Below are positions 26,101 to 29,437 of a stretch of 29,437 nucleotides of DNA, piece by piece. The notes below the pieces were generated by a model that searched no databases, was not told the DNA's origin, and worked only from the letters and a program-made list of their open reading frames with translations. Source of the DNA: Candidatus Woesearchaeota archaeon (lineage in GTDB: Archaea > Nanobdellota > Nanobdellia > Woesearchaeales > JABGUJ01); assembly GCA_018646625.1 (NCBI GenBank), contig JABGUJ010000002.1, positions 474,843 to 504,279 on the forward strand, in the 5' to 3' direction. The stretch's first letter is position 1, and the number at the start of each line of letters is the position of its first letter. Both the position numbers and the translations under genes were made by a program.

Positions 26101-29100
26101 TGTGCTTATATTTTCATTAAAGGAGTCTGCGTTACTAAACATAAAGCTCATAGTCATCACATTGGAAACGTTCCACCCACTAAGATCTTGATTAAAATTA
26201 ACCGCATCACTAAACATAAAATCAAGATTAGTTACGTTTTGTGAAGTTATATCGAAGAAGTCTGTTGCTGTAAAATTTGTTATGTTTGTAAATGCGAACA
26301 TTTCGCTTGCACTAATTATTCCAGTAACTCCATCTGAAACAGGTGTTAAAATATCGTTTAATAGTTCGGGCGTACATTGTTGCGTATAAGTACCATAGTA
26401 CTTTGAGAAAGATAATCTACTTGCAGTTCCATTTACCGAAATGTTATAGATACCCGCAGTTGTATAATTGTGCGATAATAATACAGTTCCATTGTAATCT
26501 GTAGTGTTCCCATCTCCCCAATTAACAGTTAAGCTGGCATCATCTACTTGGAATGAGAAGTTTTGTGGCGAGGCTGTTGTGTTTATTCGGAAAATGAAGT
26601 GGTTAGATTCTTCTGAAGCTTCATCCACAGCATAGCCAGAGAAGTGATCTACAGAGAATGTTGTGATGTTGTTTGCACATGTTGAATAGGATGGAGTAAA
26701 GGTTGTTCCTGTTGTTAAGATCTCTGTTCTATTCTCAGGAAAGCCAGATGCGTTGTAGTATGTCAAGTTATCACAAGAACTGGTGTTTATAGTTATGTTT
26801 GCAGACTTGCTGAATTGTGTTGCATTTGAAGCATTTAAGGAAACAAAATCATTGTATAGCAACAAGTTATTGTTAGTTAGATCCGCATATGAAATATTTA
26901 GGAACGCCCAGTTGATACATCCAGTATTTGTTGTATCTTTACAGATTTCTAAGTTCGTAAAGTTATTCTCATCAGGAAGCGTTGCAGTGGTTTTAATATA
27001 ACCAGAACCCGCAAGTATGGTTGTATTGTATAATTTGTTTTTTATTGCATAATTGCCACTAATTTGAGTGAAGTAAACCCCAACATATGAACTATTATCA
27101 ATTAGGGTGTCGTTGATGGTATTATTTTCCGATGTACCTCTGAGATACATACCATAATAATAATTTGAAATTATATTGTTTCTTAGTGAATTATTGAACG
27201 AATTTGAAAACCAAAAACCCATCGATCCGACGGTGTTAGTTCCTGACAAGTTGTTGTCTATGATTTGGTTATTAGATCCGTCATTAAGAGATATGGCCCT
27301 TCCTTGATTTTCTAATATGGTGTTGTTAAGAAATAGCGAATAATATAGTCCACTACTAGAACTAATGGGGTACTGACAGTCAGTAAAGGTGTTGTGTGCC
27401 ACCGTAATGTTTTGTGAAGATGACCCTGGCTGAATTCCATATATGGAGTCATAAAAAAGATTCCCAGTAATACTTATATTTTCAGATGAAAAAATCTGCA
27501 TTCCAGAATCTCCGCTACCGTTGATAAAATTCCCCACAACATCCCAATTGGTTCCTGATGAAGATACTATAGCCATATAATTATTGGAAAAAGATGAATT
27601 ATGAATAGATATGTTGTCTGAGTACGCCGCGTACAACCAATTATTTTTAAGTTCCTCTGAACCATTCATAGTGATGTTTGTGAGAATAGAGTTATCTGCA
27701 TTACACAGTATAATCTCAGAAGCAACAAGATTGTTCCAATACACCGAAGAATTCGCATAATAAATTGGAAGATTACCAGAACCAGTGTTATTTTCTATAA
27801 TGTTATTACAATACGAGGTGTCGCCAGCTACAAAAAGAACATCCTGGTAAATGTTATCTTGCAATGTATTGTTTGTTAATTTAATATTAGAGTTATGAGT
27901 AGTAATACCTCTTGAAAAGTTTGTTACAGTGCAATTAGTTACGTTGACATTCGTTTTATAATAAATATAAATTCCGTCTTTTTGAAATGCTTGATCCCCA
28001 ACCAAAGTTGAACCATTACAATCTAGGTTGATGTCACTTGCATTAATAGTTATCATATCGCCAGTAGTAACGTAGGTATCCCGACAAAGGACAATATTAT
28101 CATTAACATAGAAGTCATTAGAAACATTAACTACTTTCCCCCGGTATGTTGATGGGTCTGAGAGATTAACACACGGACCTAAAGGTTCATCAGGCTCCAG
28201 AATAGCATAACCGGAGAAGTGATCAACAGCAAAAGTTGTGATGTTGTTTGCGCATGTTGAATAGGAGGGAGTAAAGGTTGTCCCTGTTGAGAGAATGTTT
28301 GCTTTGTTTTCAGGGAAGCCAGATGCGTTGTAGTAAGTTAGTCCGTCACACGTGGTTGTGTTTATAGTTATATTTGCAGATTTGTTAAATTGTGTTGCGT
28401 TGACATCAGATGTGTTTAATGAAACAAAATCTCCATCTAGCATTAAGTTATCATCAGTAAGATCAGCTTCAGATATGTTTAAGAAATCCCAAGTGATGCA
28501 ACCTGCGTTCGTTGTATCTTCACAAATACGAAGATTTGTAAAGTTATTATCGCTAGTTAAAGTTCCGTATGTTTTAATATATCCATTAGCTGGCAAGCCT
28601 TGATATGCATAAATAGTTAAGTTATCAAATAAGTTATTCTCAGGATATATTCCAGAGGACTGAGCAAAATCTAAAGCCATGCCTGTAGAACTTACATTAG
28701 ATATGGTATTGTTCTGTAAGGTATTATTATGTGAGGCTCCACTGAAAGACAGACCCCCATAAGAATCGTCAATATTGTTGCCAATTAAAGTATTATTAGA
28801 TGACCTAGAAAAACTCATAGCATTTGCAGCACCATCAGAAGAATAAATTGAATTATTTGTGATAAGGTGATTATTCGCATCTGTTAAGCTTATTCCAGCA
28901 GTAGAATAACTAGAGATGATATTATTAGATATTAAACAAACACTCGACCTTGCATCTTCTGAACGAATGCCTCGGCCGTTGCTAGATAATATATTATCGG
29001 AAATCGTTACATTCTCTGCACTAGAATAAACTCGTAAACCTTCCAAATATGAGGAAATATTGTTTTGAAGTATACTGACATTCGATCCAGAGTTCATGAG

Positions 29101-29436
29101 GATACCGCCAGCTCCATCACCAGAAATTGTATTGTTAACTAAACTAATATTATTGAAATTTCTCAAGTAAACTCCATAATCGGTGTCTATTATTGTAGAG
29201 TTGGTGATTAAAGAGTCATCTGTAAAAAACATGTAGAGGCCATTGTTAGTAAAAGTGCTAGAGCCGTTAATTGATATGTTATCTAAAATCGAGTTATCGG
29301 CATTACAAAGTATGATCTCTGATGCATTCAGATCCTGCCAAGTTACAGAACTATTTGCATAATAAATAGGAAGATTTCCCGAACCAGTATTGTTTTCAAT
29401 AGTTAGAGCGCATTCTGAAGTATCAGTAGGAAATAC
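17110..29436 (-). CDS. Giant adhesin-like surface protein (at least 4108 aa, 5' end outside window): parallel beta-helix (NosD/PbH1-like) modules, five PKD-like + DUF285/BspA-type repeat cassettes, duplicated C-terminal domain
   Basis: Frame stays open upstream of the called ATG 29232 (VFPTDTSECALTIENNTGSGNLPIYYANSSVTWQ...), matching the internal repeat IENNTGSGNLPIYYANSSVYW; NN-T-I beta-helix pattern; VNWGDG PKD motif; FNQxIxxWxVSxVxxMxxMF repeats. Confidence 0.93.
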   Translation of the reverse strand, partial: VFPTDTSECALTIENNTGSGNLPIYYANSSVTWQDLNASEIILCNADNSILDNISINGSSTFTNNGLYMFFTDDSLITNSTIIDTDYGVYLRNFNNISLVNNTISGDGAGGILMNSGSNVSILQNNISSYLEGLRVYSSAENVTISDNILSSNGRGIRSEDARSSVCLISNNIISSYSTAGISLTDANNHLITNNSIYSSDGAANAMSFSRSSNNTLIGNNIDDSYGGLSFSGASHNNTLQNNTISNVSSTGMALDFAQSSGIYPENNLFDNLTIYAYQGLPANGYIKTYGTLTSDNNFTNLRICEDTTNAGCITWDFLNISEADLTDDNLMLDGDFVSLNTSDVNATQFNKSANITINTTTCDGLTYYNASGFPENKANILSTGTTFTPSYSTCANNITTFAVDHFSGYAILEPDEPLGPCVNLSDPSTYRGKVVNVSNDFYVNDNIVLCRDTYVTTGDMITINASDINLDCNGSTLVGDQAFQKDGIYIYYKTNVNVTNCTVTNFSRGITTHNSNIKLTNNTLQDNIYQDVLFVAGDTSYCNNIIENNTGSGNLPIYYANSSVYWNNLVASEIILCNADNSILTNITMNGSEELKNNWLYAAYSDNISIHNSSFSNNYMAIVSSSGTNWDVVGNFINGSGDSGMQIFSSENISITGNLFYDSIYGIQPGSSSQNITVAHNTFTDCQYPISSSSGLYYSLFLNNTILENQGRAISLNDGSNNQIIDNNLSGTNTVGSMGFWFSNSFNNSLRNNIISNYYYGMYLRGTSENNTINDTLIDNSSYVGVYFTQISGNYAIKNKLYNTTILAGSGYIKTTATLPDENNFTNLEICKDTTNTGCINWAFLNISYADLTNNNLLLYNDFVSLNASNATQFSKSANITINTSSCDNLTYYNASGFPENRTEILTTGTTFTPSYSTCANNITTFSVDHFSGYAVDEASEESNHFIFRINTTASPQNFSFQVDDASLTVNWGDGNTTDYNGTVLLSHNYTTAGIYNISVNGTASRLSFSKYYGTYTQQCTPELLNDILTPVSDGVTGIISASEMFAFTNITNFTATDFFDITSQNVTNLDFMFSDAVNFNQDLSGWNVSNVMTMSFMFSNADSFNENISTWDVSSVTDMRYMFWDVDTFNQSISNWDVSSVTQMDGLFSGAEDFNQDLGAWNVSNVLDMQAMFRDTLLFNNNISSWDVSAVTNMNFMFYNAPFNQSIANWDVSNVTTMQYTFGYSDFNQNISAWDVSNVIYMSYLFKDSDFNQDLGAWNVSNVISMSGMFTSAPFNQNISAWDVSNVTDMRGMFYSTPFNWSIANWDVSKVEDMEIMFYGTPFNQSISDWNVSSVTDMKQMFFNSDFNQNISGWDVSSVQDMSYMFRYSDFNQDIGAWDVSNVTTMTAMLGSTPFDQNISGWNVSLVTNFTDMFEFAELSTENYDALLTGWASLPSLNYNLSFHGGTSQYCTGESDRNNTLIDMYNWSITDGGKNCSGQEEQTYFIFQINTTASPQNFSFQVDDANLTVNWGDGNTTDYRGTVLLTHEYATADIYNISVNGTASRIAYDDEWDEDDNDPTPGLLVDILTPLSDGVSGLTSASYMFANTNVTNFTSDTFFDDILSNITDMSYMFVSSPFDHNMSDWDVSNVTTMQGMFAYSPFNQDISAWNVSSVTNMGGMFSNSPFNQSLNSWDVSNVTDMSAMFYLSQFDQNISNWDVSSVETMSSMFYRTWSYFNQDISNWNVSSVTDMSSMFFMSEFDRNISGWDVSSVTDMSHMFYSSLFNQSLNSWDVSNVTTMQSMFAYSKFNQNISAWNVSSVQHMGEMFHSTKLNSQFNQDISNWDVSSVIYMSWMFRESSFNQSIGNWNVSSVTDMSYMFSGSDFNQNISTWSVSNVTNMYQMFYDAPFNQDLSLWDVSSVTNMGGMFEGAPFDQNISSWNVSTVTTFTNMFADAQLSTSNYDALLTGWASLGSLNYNLSFHAGTSQYCTGESDRNDTLIGVYNWSITDAGKNCSLPPQSSSCVNLSDPTTYQDKVVNTTIGYYINDSITLCQDVYHRDSTVIVINNSDLTLDCNGSTLNFSTTTSLGYGINNSFGHNNVSIMNCIITEANGPGAAINIGIYALDADHNTFYNNTISIVSGAYGLALSGNYFNITQNNITTSFWTAYALTLAYVNHSLVHQNTISVEETVSSGILIYGATNTTISNNAVTTQLDNANGLEFSCINNCNLLTVEDNTVTTSGTLSDPISLENFGTVTNCTFDNNTLIATNAGSKAIDIQSNSAVDNTFINNNLSAIGAFTLYDVSTGNNTLIYNSTHAEISWTLSNLTTATDLEINSLVFLEYNLAGLVTSTNNLELNNTATITLKSVSGLTSPTVQRNGQDCGGVCSAVVDLGSNNYQFNVSQFSNYSLASEENDLFIFQINTTASPQNFSFQVDDANLTVNWGDGNTTNYNGTVLLNHTFATAGIYNISVNGTASRIAFSKYYDIYSQEATPELLKDILTPVSDGVTGITSASEMFAFTNITNFTATDFFDITSQNVTDMRYMFYTSQFNQNISDWDVSNVTDTSIMFAYTPFNQSLNGWDVSNVTTMLYMFRDAVDFNQDLSGWDVSRVITMSNMFRNADSFNENISTWNVSNVTDMRFMFFSADSFNQSIGNWDVSNVTQMDGMFSYAISFNQDLDSWDVSSVVDMQQMFKDADAFNNNISTWNVSSVTDMSNMLWGTEFNQSINNWDVSNVTDMSSMFSYSNFNQNISSWNVSSVTDMSRMFEGTPFDQNLSDWNVSSVTDFTNFLLTAELSTTNYDSLLTGWASLALNYNLSFHGGNSQYCAGETARNDTLIDIYNWTITDGGKNCTIPEEPSFFTFQINTTASPQNFSFQVDDAVSLFIDWGDGTNNTYTGTGTFKHEYATENVYNLSLNGTASRISFYEGTPELLIDILTPISNGITGIINAENMFRDTLVSSFTSENFFDDVSGDVTNMNSMFYSSNFNQNISGWDVSSVTYMQSMFFNSQFNQSLNTWNVSNVGNMAGMFSNSPFNQDIGNWNVSSVVDMNAMFSLSPFNQNIGNWDVSSVANMNWMFGASNFNQNISAWNVSGVLYMSYMFYDSVFDQNISAWNVSSVIDMLGMFYSSNFNKNISNWDVSSVTDMSSMFQSSLFNQNISEWDVSTVTDMSLMFSSSSFNQSIANWNVSNVSDMNRMFMSSDFNQDISAWNVSSVENMSFMFTQASDFNQNLSSWDVSGVTDMEQMFYYSDFNQDIGSWDVSSATSMRGMFRGTPFDQNLSDWNVSGVTDFTSMFQSSELSTLNYDSLLTGWASLGSLNYNLSFHGGNSQYCDGESARNDTLIDVYNWTITDGGKNCSTPEESNYFIFQINTTASPQNFSFQVDNSNLTVNWGDGNTTYYNGTVLLTHNYTTAGIYNISLNGSATRISFYEGSADLLIDILTPISDGVTGITSAENMFRETTVVNFTAEDFFDDISRNVTDMRYMFAWSTFNQDISGWNVSAVTDMFAMFSNANDFDQDIGNWDVSNVTDMRYMLGASAFNQDIGDWNLSSIININKLFYNAQSFNQNINTWDISGVTNLEAMFYNANSFNQSLNNWNVSTVTSMNGMFWFANSFNQSLNNWDVSSVTGMDNMFTEASDFNQNISAWNVSSVTTMRAMFYNADSFNQNINDWDVSSVTDMSSMFSLVDSFNQSLNNWNVSSATYMTGMFQSSLFNQDIGDWDVSSVIDMRWMFANCQFDQDIGTWNVSNTTDLANMFQLSELSTLNYDSLLTGWASLGSLNYNLSFHGGDSQYCNGESARNDTLIDFYNWSITDGGKNCSAHPESENYTLNVTIDGVESTTFNQTAHPYEVTIHVENNQVAVENATVALVELYGNNIFAAQTSLALTETLTDENGNATFIIAPTHYPTIENYALEVELIVDGNIEANESFTITNNASLVFTDKYLTPSNLADNSKTTVNSLASIADSLFIWTNTLEQAILLNMTVYSNGTYEGVQTIQTGAPNVINVTLKATNGTPIDGYVTIKEVGGYLMFNPTNNPPNIGAKNHTHEYEEINTTEQFIITPTEYGGIDSNITLTIYNSTDDVVTEINLTVNQSLEPRSGSSYASDELKVIVNSLNSVVNHLYEALN
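18040..26600 (-). repeat. Five PKD-like/DUF285 cassettes (about 26600-25000, 24980-23450, 22250-20940, 20920-19425, 19405-18040) with 14, 13, 10, 13 and 11 repeats of mostly 24-25 aa
   Basis: Each begins with INTTASPQNFSFQVD and ends with NYD-x-LLTGWASL...YNLSFH...YNW-x-ITD-x-GKNC; repeats counted by hand from the translation. Confidence 0.9.
26620..29436 (-). repeat. Two tandem beta-helix modules, each with a Cys-containing C-terminal beta domain (third, more divergent module at about 22260-23430)
   Basis: Near-identical NFTNL-x-IC-x-DTTN-x-GCI-x-W-x-FLNIS...YYNASGFPEN...FTPSYSTCANNITTF-x-VDHFSGYA in both; CVNLSDP-x-TY-x-x-KVVN starts the second and third modules. Confidence 0.85.
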
Positions 29437-29437
29437 A

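Noticed and set aside
18240..26240. 72-75 nt periodic repeats that resemble a CRISPR repeat-spacer array
   Set aside because: Units are multiples of 3, degenerate at synonymous sites and lie in one open frame encoding DUF285 repeats; no cas genes in the window
17483..28603. Many short plus-strand ORFs with recurring RNIP/HIS patterns
   Set aside because: Antisense shadows of the repetitive adhesin codons; no RBS or independent signals
29230..29232. ATG 29232 as start of the giant adhesin
   Set aside because: The frame is open to the window edge, continues a repeat module, and there is no signal peptide or RBS at this ATG
17110..29436. Diversity-generating retroelement target
   Set aside because: No reverse transcriptase and no template/variable repeat pair with adenine-specific mismatches seen; no C-type-lectin-like C-terminus recognised
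1..29437. tRNA, rRNA, transposase or integrase
   Set aside because: The window is almost fully coding with short intergenic gaps; no such motifs were seen

Overview
AT-rich archaeal DNA, most consistent with a DPANN/Woesearchaeota-like genome (GAGGTG ribosome-binding sites, TATA-type promoters, archaeal TrmG10, very dense N-x-S/T sequons; taxonomy is inference). The left 3 kb holds a partial secreted protein, a tRNA m2G10 methyltransferase / MBL hydrolase / Cys-rich Zn-ribbon operon, a charged helical protein and an unannotated 49-aa membrane protein. The remaining ~26 kb is one tightly coupled minus-strand operon. In order it encodes: a >4100-aa adhesin (beta-helices plus five PKD/DUF285 cassettes, running off the window), a 581-aa secreted CARDB protein, a ~2890-aa membrane-anchored protein ending in a lipase-type alpha/beta hydrolase, a PfkB kinase, two TadB/TadC-like proteins and a TadA/CpaF ATPase. 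The main discovery is that the 581-aa protein looks like an adaptor. Its N-terminal domain is homologous to the N-terminus of the anchored giant, and its C-terminal domain is homologous to a tandemly duplicated C-terminal domain of the unanchored adhesin. This suggests a three-part tethered surface apparatus linked to a minimal Tad-like motor. All alignments were made by eye; no database searches were run.
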